64,000 nt of DNA from Cetorhinus maximus (GCF_964194155.1 NC_135896.1:64480001-64544000), one strand, 5' to 3'. Positions 11,705 to 25,669 are shown, numbered from the stretch's first letter. Numbers and translations: made by a program. Notes: generated from the sequence alone by a model not told the origin.

Positions 11705-13501
11705 AAAAAAATTAAGCTTGGTCTGTGGCTACCCACAGAACAACACTGTGGTCAGATGTATTGTTGAAGCCACCATTATTCAGGTATTGTAAAGGTTGAA
11801 ACTAGAGCTCAAAAAGTTGAATTTACAACAATATTTCCAGTGAAGTGCGCAGTGAGTTTATTTCTAAATTTTCCAAGCTCTTGTGACCAACTTAAAAGCT
11901 ATCATTTTTGGAGTTTACAGCTATTTCATCTAAATCCAGGTGGCAGCAAAAAGCTGAAGAACTCTCAAACTGACAAGAAACCTACCCACTTAATGGCAGA
12001 AGTGTATGGTGGATTAGATTCTGACACTCTATCGCCTATTCAAAATCCAATCTAGGCTGAGGGATGAAAGTGTCTTCTGACTGCTGGCTTTAAGGGTCAT
12101 GTGTAAAACAAGCATAGAGAATCTGATTCTTTCTTCCAGCATCTGGATTGAGACTATAGCACAAAAGCAGCCTTATTTTGGCATACTCAGTCAGAAGGAT
12201 CATAGGAAATCTTCGTGTAGAAAATAGAAAAAACAAAATCAGGGTTGTCCAGCAGTGTAGATATGGTGTGAGGGGCGGGGGGGGGGGGGGGTCAATTTAT
12301 CTGAGGCTGGGGTCAGGGCAGAATAGAAGGAGTTTTATCCTACATAAACATAAAACCTTTTAATACTTGATAGTGCCATTGGGTGCTCAAAATAGAAATT
12401 GTTACATTTTTTAATAATAACATCCTGAGCAAAATTGGAAGGTACAGAACCAAAAGTTTACAGGCTCTGTAGGCCATCTTACTGATTTTTTAAAATCCTT
12501 TAACTATTTGTCCACTTTTTTCTCAATTATCATCACTATATTGGTCTCTTTTGGGCATTTTGACCAATAGTGTGGCAGGTGCAAAACTCTCAAAATATTG
12601 ATCAAAATGGTTTACAATTTAACAGCACTCCAAGTATAATTTTGAAATGAAATTTATATTCCACTCAAATCACTTGACCTACTTGCTCTTTCTCACTCAC
12701 TTAATTGAAAATGTCATTTTATTTTTGACCTAAATATCTTAAATGAAAAATTTGCATATTTTAAAAGATTAAATGTTGAATTTAGCACAAAATAATTCTG
12801 CAGTTGTGTCATTCTCTAAAACTTAATGTTCAATTCCCAGCTGATGTAATTAAAATCACAATAGCTGGCATTTTGCAAATAACTTCAAAAGAGCCCAGGA
12901 ACAGGAAATAGCCATAAGAATCTCAGCCAGTATGTCATTCTCCACATTAACTATCCTTATGGTTTAACCAAATTATGCATGGTTTTGTCCTGTGAACCCA
13001 TGCTCACTCAAAACTGTGTAGTTATTACACAAATTCACACCATACAAAATCCTACCTGCTTTAGCTAGATTCAAATCAGATCAGAGTTGTATTAGCCTAC
13101 CATTCCAATGATTCCCCATCAACAATTGCAATGTCACATTGGGTATGCATCGAACATTATTAAAATTTCAAAATTAAAAATATAGTGAAGTAGAAATAGT
13201 TGTCCTTCTTGGATTTTACAGGACATTGTGGAGAACAGAATATGTTTAAATTAGACTTGCACTTTTTTGAAATAGACTAGTTACTCTGATCATGCAAAAT
13301 ATGAAACTGTCATGTCCTTACAAATAATTCCTAAACACAATTTTCCTGATCCTAAAAATGGTCCTTTTACTTTAAAGTTGCTTCTTCACTAAAATACTAT
13401 TTCAATGATCATGAAGTGTTAATCCTTGTATTTAGGGAATGGCCTAACTCAAATATGTCAGTGGCAACTAAAATGTTTGCTTTCTCATGATACAAGTTAA
13501 T

Positions 13502-13906
13502 TGCCAGGTTTTGGAGTCAGCAGCAAAGCAACATCTCTTGCCACTGACCTCAAAGAAAGCTGTCCACAAAGACCTTGCAATCCCTGTGGTGTGGATTTTA
13601 CCTTGCCTGAGGTTAATTTGAATTTGGCACTAAATCAAGGGGAGCTCCAGGCATCCAGTACCAGTGATGGCTAAGCAGCTAATCTCATTGAAGAATTCTC
13701 CAACAGCAAACCAGAAAGTAAAAAGCACTGATTATGTTGCACTATAAATTTTAGAGAGTGAAATAAGGATTGGGAATTACCAACAGCAACTTGGATTTCT
13801 GTGTTTAACTGTGCCTGTGCGAACGCCTGAAGTTGCTCTCACTTTCACAGGGTAATGATGGGAACATGGACAGTTTTGCTATCATCACAACCGTAAAATC
13901 TAGGCC
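13502..13906. mobile_element. Probable Harbinger-type MITE
   Basis: Right end AAAATCTAGGCC, left end GCCAGGTTTT (imperfect inverted termini); similar ends at ~17211 and ~23624. Confidence 0.45.
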
Positions 13907-13952
13907 ATTACTTTTACAGAAGTAATGTCATGTATTTAAGGTGAAAGTTTAC

Positions 13953-14032
13953 CTGTTGGATGGAGGTGGCTGCTGAACTTGAGGTCCACGACTTGCTTGG
14001 GTGGCTAACGGTTTAGTTAAGCCCAACATGTC
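13953..14032 (-). CDS. SEC23A: Sec23A coding exon 5 (exon 6), 80 nt
   Basis: DMLGLTKPLATQASRGPQVQQPPPSNR; TAG acceptor, GTAAAC donor. Confidence 0.96.
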
Positions 14033-15281
14033 CTATTAACAGTGCAAATTAAAGCCATCAATCATGCAACCAGAACTATTGTCCAAATTTCCACTGAACT
14101 AATCTATATTAATACAAAACAGTCACTAGGAAGTAGATTTCAAAGATCTAAGTTTGCAGGAAATTCAGAGACATTATTCCAATGCAAATACATTTTGCTT
14201 GTGAAGTGATCAAAAAGTACACAAGAGAACTTTGTAATCAGTTAAAACTGAAGAACCTGGAGAAAGTTCAGGAAACCATCATTTTAATTTTGTCAACTAG
14301 AGGAGGCATCAATTGTTTTCCCTATCCCAGATTTAGCTTTAACAAAGTATAAGAGACCTACCCAGTGTGTGTTCTTATTGCACTTATTGTACTCCAGTAG
14401 CTGCAAAGGCGGTTCATAAAGACTCTGAGGCTGGATGAAATCTCCCCATATGTGCTTCATGTTATTATAACTCACTTGCTTACTTAAATGGGTAAAGTAT
14501 CCTAACAGATGATAATAGCCTTGGATGTAGAATTTGAAAACAAGTCACACTATACTCTTTTCTATTATCATGTTATCATTTACATAGATAACTGCGCAAT
14601 GATACAATCACATTATTGTGAGCCAATACTCTATTCCAGAATCACAGCAGAGTTCCATCCAACAAATATTGAGTAGTGTTGCATATATTGCAATGGAATT
14701 TTACATTTGTCATCTGCTGCACCTTTTGATTTGCCACATTGCTTGTTGTGGATTATTTAAATTAGTTTCACAGGAAATTTTGGTGCAAGGTAGCAATGGT
14801 AAGATTGATGTGCAAAACAGCAACATTTAGGAAGTATGGCAAGCTCAACAACATTGCAGGAAATCCTGAGCCTATGTCTTTGAATTATATTTCACATATC
14901 AGACCGCAATATGTATTCACTGACCTGGCTATAAAAAAAAAATTCAGCAAGGCACAAGCAACAAAAAGATTCTGTCTCAGCACGCAGTAATCAAATTTAA
15001 AATGTCAAAATGTTTTGAAAAATATATAGGCTTGTTGAATTGTGACAGAACTTGTCAGAGATAGTCGCAATTGTTATTTTTGTGTTTATCTTTGATATAG
15101 AGTCTCCTTTCCTACAGGTACAGAAGTACTAATTAGGTACTGATGCATGCTCTGCCATTAGTGTGTTCTTCCAACATATATAAAGTACGTCCGCAGTTTT
15201 AACTTTAAAATAAAACTTGAAGTTTAATTTCCTAAGTTTTTCTAAAATATATAAAGAAGATGGTTTAAAGTCAATGGCTCA

Positions 15282-15590
<309 letters not shown>

Positions 15591-16719
15591 TTAAATAACC
15601 AATTGTGCACATTTTCTGAAAAACCTGAAAGTTCTAGGCACATTATGACATAAACTTTAAGATTCTAGTTTACTAACAAATTTAACTAATCCGACGTTTG
15701 TCACTCCAAACACAGCAGAAAGCAGCATATAACCTAACAGTAAGATAAATGTTATATAATCTGTTGCTTAGCTTTGAAAAATAAACAGCCAATTTAAGGA
15801 AGTAAATCAACTTCAGCATTCTGCTGACATTCATGTACACTCAAGCTTTTGTTTCCAGTTTATGACATCATTAAAACTCAAAAATTGCAGTCTTGCAACC
15901 CCATGTAACTTACATCAGCATCCTCCAACCCAACAACTCTCCAAGAATTCTGTGTCCCTTCAAGTCTAAAGTGAGATGGAAATTATCTTCTATTTTGCAT
16001 TATTTGATAGATGTTATCGAGTACATTAGTGTACAGCTAACAAATAATGCAGGGCCACATCATTTTAACAATCAGAAATCACAAACATGAGGACAAAACT
16101 TATATTGAACTTTGTTCTTTATAAATAAATAGGAATCTTTCTTTCTTCAGCATTGCCCAGATAAGTACTTCACAATGGTTTGGAAGTGGTCGGAAGGCGG
16201 GGGTAGGAGAAGAAGAGGAATTCATTTTATAAAGGTTTAAAATCCAAAATAACTACACCAACTTGGATTACACCAAGGTCACCATTGCAACTGACTCTGC
16301 AACTGTAATTTCTACTCTAACATCAATTGTCAAAACCCTGGAATTTTCTCAAGAATCTGCATTTTTAGACAGCTTCAATTTCAATGAAATCAATAACCTC
16401 CTCTGTAGTTTCTTTGGCCTTTGCTTGAGATCAGCATCTGAAACTCAGTCTCTTTTGATTTTTGCTCGTGTTTCTGTCTTTATTTCCTCGGCTTAGGTTT
16501 TTACATGGTGTTGATACTTGCTGTAGTATTTTATGACAGGTCCTCATGCTATATCTCCAACATTTTTCTTCCTCTATCTTGCAGGTTCTTATTTACTTAT
16601 GTTTGTCAGCCTCTGCTTTGATTCTCTTCACTTTGGCATCGAACAGCTGTTAATGACAGTAATATTTCTCCCACCTAACGAGAGACAGTGAAACAGAAGT
16701 GGAGGACGTACAACAGATA

Positions 16720-17212
16720 TGAAATTTTAAATTGCAGATGTCAAGAACACCCACCTCTAAACAGCGGGATCCTCTAACTATGCACAGCTGCTATTCTTCC
16801 TGAGACCTTGGTGGGGAAGCAGTGGTGACTATCCTACTTCACAAAATCAGCCAGGAACAACAGCCAGGGTCAGAAAGGCCCAGCAAGTTTTTAAAAAATA
16901 ATCAGTTTCCTTATGGCCAAGGTAGAACAGGAATCTCCCCCACCCCTGATTTCCCTCAACCCATTTCTCTCTCCCCTCCCCCACCATCACCTCACAATGA
17001 CCAGGGTTCCCCTTTGGGATCATGTGCTGTTGTCCAAGGGCCATTCACTGGATTTCAAAGGCAGAGCAGCACCTTGCCAGCCATTTTGATCAGGAAGTTA
17101 TCAAGAGACATGCTAATAAAGTTTGGCCATTAAAATTGGTTGAGACTGCCTGCTACCGCTTCCAGACTATCCGGCCAATCACATTGTTGTCTAGAAGACA
17201 AAATCGAGTCCC
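16720..17212. mobile_element. Probable Harbinger-type MITE remnant
   Basis: GC-richer block ending AAAATCGAGTCC, resembling other GGNCNNGATTTT termini in the window; left end not resolved. Confidence 0.35.
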
Positions 17213-17246
17213 GTAGCTCCAAGGTGTAAAATTATGCAGCAATTCA

Positions 17247-17405
<159 letters not shown>

Positions 17406-17499
17406 TTAAACAAAAAAAATCCATCAAAATAGGTATTTTAAAAGCCACAAATAAAAAAAAACCTTCTCTTCCATAAAAAACACTTCTTTTACTCACTTT

Positions 17500-17733
17500 G
17501 AGTATTTGACCCAGTGGGATACACTATATCCTGTACTGCAAATTAACAAAAAGGATAAGCAAATTAGGGAGGTAAATGTGTGGCTAAAGGAATGATAGGG
17601 CACTGGCACCAGTACAAGGACAAGAAAGGACTGCACCACTGGGACAGGCTCCATTTGAACTGGGCTGGGATGAGGGTGCTTGCGAAAAGAATAAACAGAG
17701 CAGACACAAGGACTTTAAACTAGCAAGAGGGTG
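17500..17733 (+). mobile_element. CR1 ORF1 (SGNH esterase-like) remnant
   Basis: Translates to ..IREVNVWLKE..GHWHQY..WDRLHLNWAGMRVLA..TLN*, the DxxH region of the CR1 ORF1 esterase. Confidence 0.7.
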
Positions 17734-18500
17734 TGTCATGAAGCTACTAATGTATATAATATTATTGGAAAATATTTTAAAATAGAGGTCTAGTGTGTGG
17801 ATGTGTCTTAATTGGATTAAAGCCAGTTAGTCTGGGTACTTTGATGTGTACTAGTTTTGAGATGTAAGAGAGGTAGAGTGCACTTGCATTTTTTGAATAG
17901 AGCATTAAGGCGGCGAGTGAAATCTGGCACCTAGCTAGCAGAGACCAAGCAAAATGTTTATATTACTAATAAAATTGATACTATGAAAGTGGTTTTATTG
18001 TTAGAAGAGGTGGAGCTCAAAGAGGCTGGTGATACAATGAGAATTTACATTCAATGAGCTGTGCTAGGTATAACTTCAGCAGCTTTCATGCGTGCAGGGC
18101 AGAGGCAATGTAAGATCAAAGTAGCTGTAAGCCTACAACTATCTCCACAGGAATCAAAGTGAAAGGAACATCATTCTGAATGTGTATGGTGAAAATGCTT
18201 TGCTTGGTATCTGCTTAAAAATCTATGAGTTGCTGTTGCCTTAATGGAGATTAGTTTGGGAATTTGTTAAAAGTTGCGATAGTAGCAATTTGCAGCCACG
18301 TATATGTGTTTAACATGTTGTAACTTAATAAAATGTTTCATTTAGTTTAATATAAAACCTCTCAAGGACTGGTGGTCTGATTCCTGAATTTAGAGTTGCA
18401 TCTCAAACACAGAAATAAAATATAGGTTATGACAGTTGTTTAAAGTTTCCCTCTGGGATTTTTAAATAACTCAGCTTTACCAAACTGTTGTTTCATAACA
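17734..18500 (+). mobile_element. Solo LTR, 767 bp
   Basis: TG...CA termini with inverted ends TGTCATGAA / TTCATAACA; 4-bp duplication GGTG at 17730-17733 and 18501-18504; no ORF. Confidence 0.88.
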
Positions 18501-18779
18501 GGTGGGAGAGGCTTTAGCGGAAAAGGTAGCATAAATAACATTTTGAAAACAAAGGGGGGGAAAAAGAGTAGAGTAACAGTTAGAAATTGTGCTTTGGGCA
18601 CTACAAGCAAAGAGAAAACTAAACAATGTACAGTAATTAAACCAGGAAAGAAAAATTAAAACCATAAAACATTAGAGCAGGTGGTCAGGTTAGGATGCTT
18701 GGGTGCTTCTATAAATGCAGAGTACAAAGAACAAATTGAATGAATTGTAGCACAGAGCGGATTCCCCACCTATAACCTT

Positions 18780-20560
18780 CCAAAGATCTCTTGATTCCAG
18801 GACCATTTCTTTACTGGGGGAACTGCTCATGTCACACCATTACTTAAGGTAGGAGTGGGAAACCAGGGAATTCGCCTAACATCTGCTGTTGGGAAAATAC
18901 TGAAGTCCATAATTAAGGTTTGAATGACTGAAGATCTTTAACATTTTCAGTTGAATAGAAAACAACCAGCATGGATTTGTAAAGGCTCTGTCATGCCTGA
19001 TGAACCTGATCGAATTTTATGAAGAGGTAGCTAAAGTGTTAGACAGGGAATTTTTATGGATATCATTAAGTGGACTTCCAGAAGGTACTGGATAAAGTCC
19101 CTCGTAAGAGAAGATGGTTCTAGGGCATCTTGTAGCATCCCTGCCCCTGAGCCAGAAGCTCCAGGTTCAAGTCCCATTCCAGGACTTGACGGTCAAGGTT
19201 CATATCGCGGCCAAACTGGTTCACTATCAACTTCTAAACCCTTCCAACGTATGCCAAAGGCAGGCGGTAAGAGTGGGAGAGATTTCTGGTCAGGCATGTG
19301 ATGGAAAGAAATTGGAGCTTCTACCATCACCATCCACAGCTCCAGGCTACAACCTGCATGTAAAAGTGTATGTTGGCGCAGCAACTCAGACTCCTGGAGG
19401 GCCAGTTGGCTCAACTGGCTGGGGAGAGCCAGTGTAAATCAGATTAGTGTCAACAGCACAGGGTTCAATCCCCATTCTGGCTGCTGTGGATTCGGGGTCT
19501 GTCTCATTGTCCTTCTCATGGTGGTGATCATGTGCTGTGGGCTGGACCTGCCTTCGGGCACAAAATTCAAGTAGTAAAAGAAGAGGAGGCTATTAGCTGA
19601 AGTTAAAGTTCATGGAATTGAAGGCAAATTATTGCCCTGTTTAGACAACTGGCTGAGTGGCAGGAAACAGAGAGTAGGGATAATGGGTAGCCACTCTAAT
19701 TGACAGGATGTGATTGGTGGCATCCCAGAAGGATGTGTGCTGGGACCTCACCTATCCACTGCATTCAATAACAATTATGATAGATAGAAAGCCACATGTC
19801 CAAATTTGCTAATGGCAGAAGATGAATAGCATTCTAAGTGGTGTAGATTGAAGTGCAAAATAATAAAGATGCCAATAGATTAATAGATTAAATGAATGGA
19901 CAAAACCGTGGCAAATAGATTTAAATGTAGGAAAATGTGAGGTCGTCCACTTTAAACCACAAATGGATAGAAGAAAGTACTTTCTAAATGAAGAATTCCA
20001 TAAATTCCTAATTTCAGCTATACAAAGCCCTAGTTAGATCACATCTGGACTACTGTGAACAACAGTTCTCAGTACCATACCTTAGCAAGGATATGTTGGC
20101 CTTAGAGGGAGTGCAGTGTAGATATACTAAAATGATTTCTAGACTCCCAAAGGTTAAATTAAGAGAAGAGGTGGCACAAATTAAGGTTGTTTTCCCTGGA
20201 ATTTAAATATTTGAGGGGTGTTTTGATCAAAGTTTAAGATACTAAGGGGAACCGATTGAGAGAAACTATTTCCACTTATTTGAAAGTCTAAGACTAAATG
20301 GGGCACAGTTAAAAATTAGAGCTAGATCTTTCAGGGGTGAAATTAGGAAACACTTTTACACACAAAGGGTGGTAGAAGGATGCTAGATCAATTGTTAATC
20401 TTAAATCTGAGATTAATAGATTTTTGTTAATCTAAAGATATCAATGAATATAGGGCAAGGGCCAGTATATGGAGTTAGTTTGCAGAGCAGCCATGAGCTC
20501 ACTGAATAGTAGGACAGGTTCAAGGGGCCAAATGGCCTACTCCTGTTCCTGTGTTCCTAT
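18780..20560 (+). mobile_element. Decayed CR1 LINE RT and 3' end, interrupted by a SINE
   Basis: cagcatggatttgtaaagg (QHGF), ccaaatttgctaatg (KFAD) and the terminal ggccaaatggcctactcctgttcctgtgttccta. Confidence 0.85.
19112..19585 (+). mobile_element. tRNA-derived SINE with two tRNA-like heads
   Basis: B boxes GGTTCAAGTCC (~19164) and GGTTCAATCC (~19462); A-box-like TGGCTCAACTGG (~19407); the first part is homologous to 37881-38135; CR1 RT resumes after it. Confidence 0.7.
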
Positions 20561-20679
20561 TCTCCAGTAGAAAGGTTGAGTAACACATGGATCTAAAACC
20601 ATGTTTTTCCAGTAATTAAAGACTGTCTAATGAGTTAGATTCAGGTCATAAACCTTTCCCAGACAATCTATTCATGTTA

Positions 20680-20793
<114 letters not shown>

Positions 20794-20885
20794 TCAGTTA
20801 GGGAAAACAAAACAGAAAAGCTGATTCTGCCATAGTGTAGAAACCTGCACCTTACTCAATTTATCTTACTCAATTTATCTCAGTA

Positions 20886-21286
20886 TTTTTTTTAATATTC
20901 GTTAATGGGGGCATCACTGGCTGGGCCAGCATTTATTGCCCATCCTTAATTGCCCTTGAGAATTGGGTACCTTGCTAGGCCATTTCAGATGGCATTTATG
21001 AGTCAACCACATTGTTGTGGGTCTGGAGTCACATGTAGGCCAGGCCAGGTAAGGACAGTAGATTTCCTTCCTTAAAGGGTGTTAGTGAACCAGATTTTTT
21101 ATGACAATCGACAATGGTTTTATGGTCATCATTAGACATTTTTAATTCCAGATTTTTTTTTCCCCCCACATTGAATTCAAATTCCACCATCTGCCATGAT
21201 GGGATTTGAACCCAGGTCCTCAGAGCATTACCCTGGGTCTCTGAATTATTAGTCTGGTGACAATGCCACTAAGCCACCGCCTCCCC
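20886..21286 (-). mobile_element. Full-length tRNA-derived SINE with LINE 3' tail
   Basis: Minus strand: A box TGGCTTAGTGG (21266-21276), B box GGTTCAAATCC (21202-21212), body, then GGGCAATAAATGCTGGCCCAGCC and an A tail shared with LINE family B. Confidence 0.9.
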
Positions 21287-21824
21287 GGTATGCAGTAACA
21301 GAAATAAATAATTACTGTGGAGTCAATTTTACCTAGATTTTTTTCGCACATCAGTAACTATCTCCAAATTTCCCTCCTTAAGGTAATGATTCATACAGGG
21401 TATAGCTCTAATAACAGGATCACACCATAACTTGACTCTAATGCCAATTCTGGTGTGAGCTAAAACAGGGATGGCAGACAATCAATTTACCGTGAGGGTC
21501 ATCTTGCAACATCCACAGAAGCAAACTTCCAACTTGTGTGCTAAGTGGGAACACGTTCCACTTTTCCACCTCCCTAGTAGGAGAACTCTAGCAAAGATTG
21601 GGGTTCAGGCATGGCACTTTTCTGGTAATGTACAGCTCAGTGCCTCACCATGTTATCCATTTATCCTACAAATCATCAGGAGTTCACCCTAACAGCTACT
21701 GTTAAGGTGCACAGCTGTGTTAAAGAAAGACTCAATTGCTATATTATAAGCTTAAATATACGCAGTTATAAAAACACTATGCTCAGAAGGTGCATACTCA
21801 AAACATCAACTTGTCTTTTCTCTT

Positions 21825-22035
21825 TATTTTTATTCGTTCACGGGATGTGGCCATTGCTGGCTAGGCCAGCATTTATTGCCCATCCCTCATTGCACACGAG
21901 GTGGTAGTGGTGAGCCACCGTTGTGAACCGCTGCAGTACTTTTACTGTAGGAACATCGATGGTGCTGTTAGGAAGGGAGCTCCAAGATTTTGACCCAGCA
22001 AGAGCAAAGGAACGGCGATATAGTTCCAAGTCAGT
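21825..22035 (-). mobile_element. LINE family B 3' fragment
   Basis: ccagcatttattgcccatccc tail; encodes GSKSWSSLPNSTIDVPT. Confidence 0.85.
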
Positions 22036-22260
22036 ATTCCCAGAATTTGTATTCTTTTCCTAGTCATCCTTATTTATATGAATTGGAAGGATCTTGAAAG
22101 AAATTTCACATTTTAAGATGTGAATGTCAATCCTTTGTACCAAAATAAAATTTGTAAATTCTTTATAGAAAGCATATATTAGAGAAAAAGCTGTTATTCA
22201 TGCTGCAGTGTAAGGTATTTACTGGTTAATTCTTTTGTTTGAATCTGTATTACTAGCTTA

Positions 22261-22548
<288 letters not shown>

Positions 22549-22849
22549 TTACCGGTATAGATACTCTGGATTTAAAATAGACAAGCTTGGAAGTGCTGTC
22601 TTGAATGTTAATGAAGGTGCAAGTTATAAAATGCAACTTTTAATGTTAGCTTTTTGCTCCTGTAGCATTTGCACTCATGCAATTTAAGATGTTATAAATT
22701 TGAGCTGAGTGGCAACAGCTCAATCTTGGGCTGAGAGAAAGCAATGGAAAATGTGCATGTATTCAGTTTTGAAGTTGGACAAGAGATTTTTTTGCCCTAA
22801 AATGCATACTTGTGCCGAGTAAAAGTATTTGTTGAAACCTTGAGAGAGT

Positions 22850-23624
22850 TTGGTGCTGGTGGGAGTTGAAGCCAGGGGTTCACGCATGTACAAATCGCAG
22901 AGGCAGCTGGCCATTTAAATCAACAGCTGCCTCCACTGACTTACGATTTTTGAACCCTATCTGTGTGAATCCCGGGGTGCAGACCAGGTAAGAGGAGATC
23001 TGAACTTGGTGGATTCTTTCCATAGCCAGCAACCCCTTTGCAAGGTACCACTTTAGATAGGATCACCGGACACCTTTGGGAGAGGTCAGGGATTGTTAGA
23101 ATTAAACATGATTATGTACTTTTTATGCTAAAACTCATCGGAACTGTCCAGCTGTCAAGCAACTGTCCAGCAGTCCAGGAAGTGTCCAAGAATACTAGGT
23201 GGGTTGGCATGGAGGAGATATGGGCAAAGGGTGGTGTGTGGGCAGCTTGGGTTGGCACTAAGTTGGCATCGGAGGTACAAGGGTCCATGGGGATGGATAC
23301 AGGGGCATGCATTGGCATAGGTGGCTCATAGGGAGTGTGTGGGAGTGAGAGGGATTGATGGCCTGAGGGTTTTTTTTTTGTTTTATTATACTTTTGATTT
23401 ATTTACACAGTGCCAGAGTACAGAGGCAGGCCTTGGGTCCAGCCTGCCTCCCCGCCCGGAAGCCTCTTTGTTCCTGAGTCACCCACCCAGGCTCCCATTT
23501 CAGGCCCCCTGCCCCATTCGACCGATAATCTGAACTGTGGGCGGACATTTTTAAAAGTTGGGTTCACCAAGCCAGGAACTCTCCCAATTCTGCGAACCCA
23601 ACCCAGGGATGAAAATCTGGGTCT
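22850..23624. mobile_element. Non-autonomous DNA transposon remnant (Harbinger-like terminus)
   Basis: GC-rich block ending GAAAATCTGGGTC; internal palindrome gaggcagctg..cagctgcctc; left boundary approximate. Confidence 0.4.
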
Positions 23625-24117
23625 TCGTGTTCGGCAAACATGAGGTCAGCAGTTGTTAATTGTATATTAATTTTGTTTAATTGGATGTAGATAGTGGGCA
23701 TTAACTAGGGATTCACTTGGGCTACTATACTTGGTGCATGTTTGTAATGTGTGCCTTTGTGAACAAATGATTATAAAAGTGTGTAAAGGTTGACTGCTGT
23801 TTAATCCTTCACCACCATGCTTTCTGAAGAGCAAGTGACATTGGCTCAGAAGAGGGTGGCCCAGAGCAAGGGGTGTAAGAGACAGGTAGATTACAAGAAT
23901 AGAAGAGTGGTAGTAGTTTAGTGTTCTACAGTCAGAGGATAGATGGGCTTTGTTGCAACCGTGACTCAGCGTCTAGAATGATAAGTTGCCTTCCTGGTGC
24001 CAGGATGAAATACATCAAGGGCAGGAGGAAAAACTTTACTGAACTGAAGTGGCACCGATGTCCAGGCAAGGGCTAGGAACATGTCAATAAAACAGTGGAG
24101 GAGGATTTAAAATCATA

Positions 24118-24983
24118 AGCTGCGATTTTCTGTGCATGCTGGCTTCAGGTGTGTTCAGTGGCGTGCACGGGCAATATGGTGCGATCGGTTTCACGACAGC
24201 GTGAAACCAGTTTGCAATCATCCACTCTGCCCGCCAATGGTAGGCCACGCTTCCTGCCATCGGACATTGGGAACCTCACTGTAATACATCTGCATATCAT
24301 TATTAGGCCAAGGGAAGAGGCTGAAGAACAAGGGTACCCAAGGATGTGCGTAGGGGCACATGTTGATCTGTGCAAGTGGCCTCAAGATGGTGAGGGCTGT
24401 GGAGGCAGTCTCCAGAGAAGATGAGGCCAGATGGACATGCGAGGGTATGGTTGAGGGAATGGGTGGTGATGTTCCTTGAACTGGCAGTGAGTGAGGTGCC
24501 AGCGAATGTGCGATGGGCTCGAACATGAGAGTTTAGGGTACTGAGATAGTTGCCATACTCTAGCTGCACAGATGAGATCATTCATCCTCCATCTGCATCG
24601 GATAGCCAACCTCTTCGGTGCAGCATTGGCACTAAACACCATTGCCATCACCTACCATGCCAGAGTGGGGGTAGAGAAAATCACAATGGGCCTCCAAAGG
24701 CACTCAAGGGCTGCAGCTTTCTTGCCTTTCTGGGCTATGTCCTGGCCTGGAAGCACTGAGTGAGGCTGTACTTTAAATGTGATTCCTGTTGTGATGAGGT
24801 GGCGGTGTGACAGGTGAATCGGAGCCCATCCACCATCAAAGCAGCGTGTATTCCAGGAATGTATAATTAATGCGATGGGTTTGGGACAATACGGCGCGAA
24901 AAGCCGCCATGGCGGCCAGCTGGTAAAACGTCGTCTTTCCCGTCCGCCACCGCACTTAGTGCAAATCTGGGATGATTCCGCCC
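24118..24983 (-). mobile_element. Non-autonomous PIF/Harbinger element with Myb/SANT exon remnant
   Basis: 24559-24738 (-) reads AQKGKKAAA..AW*VMAMVFSANAAPKRLAIRCRWRMNDLICAAR followed by a GT donor, matching the W..(I/V)A.....R...QCRKRxxDL Myb/SANT-like pattern; CpG-rich ends; ATAAG on both flanks. Confidence 0.65.
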
Positions 24984-25157
24984 ATAAGGAGGGAAATGGG
25001 GAAAGTCTAGCTTTGAAATTAGAGCGAGAGACCAGTGTTAATGGAGCTATTGGGATAGAAGCAAAAGGCATAACTGACAGTCATAAGTGAGATAATACTA
25101 ACAGAGAAAATCTGATCCAACAAATCTGCAATACTTGAACAACACTTCAATTTTACT

Positions 25158-25203
25158 AAGATAAAAGCAAAATACTGCAGATGCTGGAAATCTAAAACTT
25201 GAA
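25158..25203 (-). mobile_element. Very short Penelope-type 3' tail insertion
   Basis: aaaagcaaaatactgcagatgctggaaatct matches the tails at 32390-32418 and 40652-40680; flanked by a 14-bp direct repeat ACTTCAATTTTACT (25144-25157, 25204-25217). Confidence 0.75.
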
Positions 25204-25669
25204 ACTTCAATTTTACTGCTTGCTAAATTTAGCTCCATCAATAGTCACATAAGGTACCTTGATAATACATTGAACACTTCAAACCACAGTGAAAACTGTG
25301 AAGGGACGAGAGGAAAGAAGCAATTAAACATTACTTAATATCAGTACTGCATCCACTGTATATCACACAAGGGCACCATAAACAAATACCTACAGTTTGT
25401 AGCCTTTCCCAGGTTTGATCTTAGGTTTTCCCAACAAAATGATCTAATTGGTATAGAATTTTAGTAAAATCATTCCATTAAATAATCAAAAGTGTGTTGC
25501 TTAAACATGTGCATACATCAAGTCCTGTAAGTAAAAAGCATTAAAACTGAATTTTTATTTTGCTATTTCTGGTAACACATTCTTTCCATTGACACTTACA
25601 CATTATAGTTACCATAAACTTGTAGATTTTTGTGCCCATCCAAAAAGCTGCATAACAATTTACTAGCAT

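Noticed and set aside
20851-20880. 14-bp tandem duplication CTTACTCAATTTAT upstream of the exon 3 acceptor
   Set aside because: Simple two-copy slippage, 75-100 nt from the acceptor; nothing indicates function.
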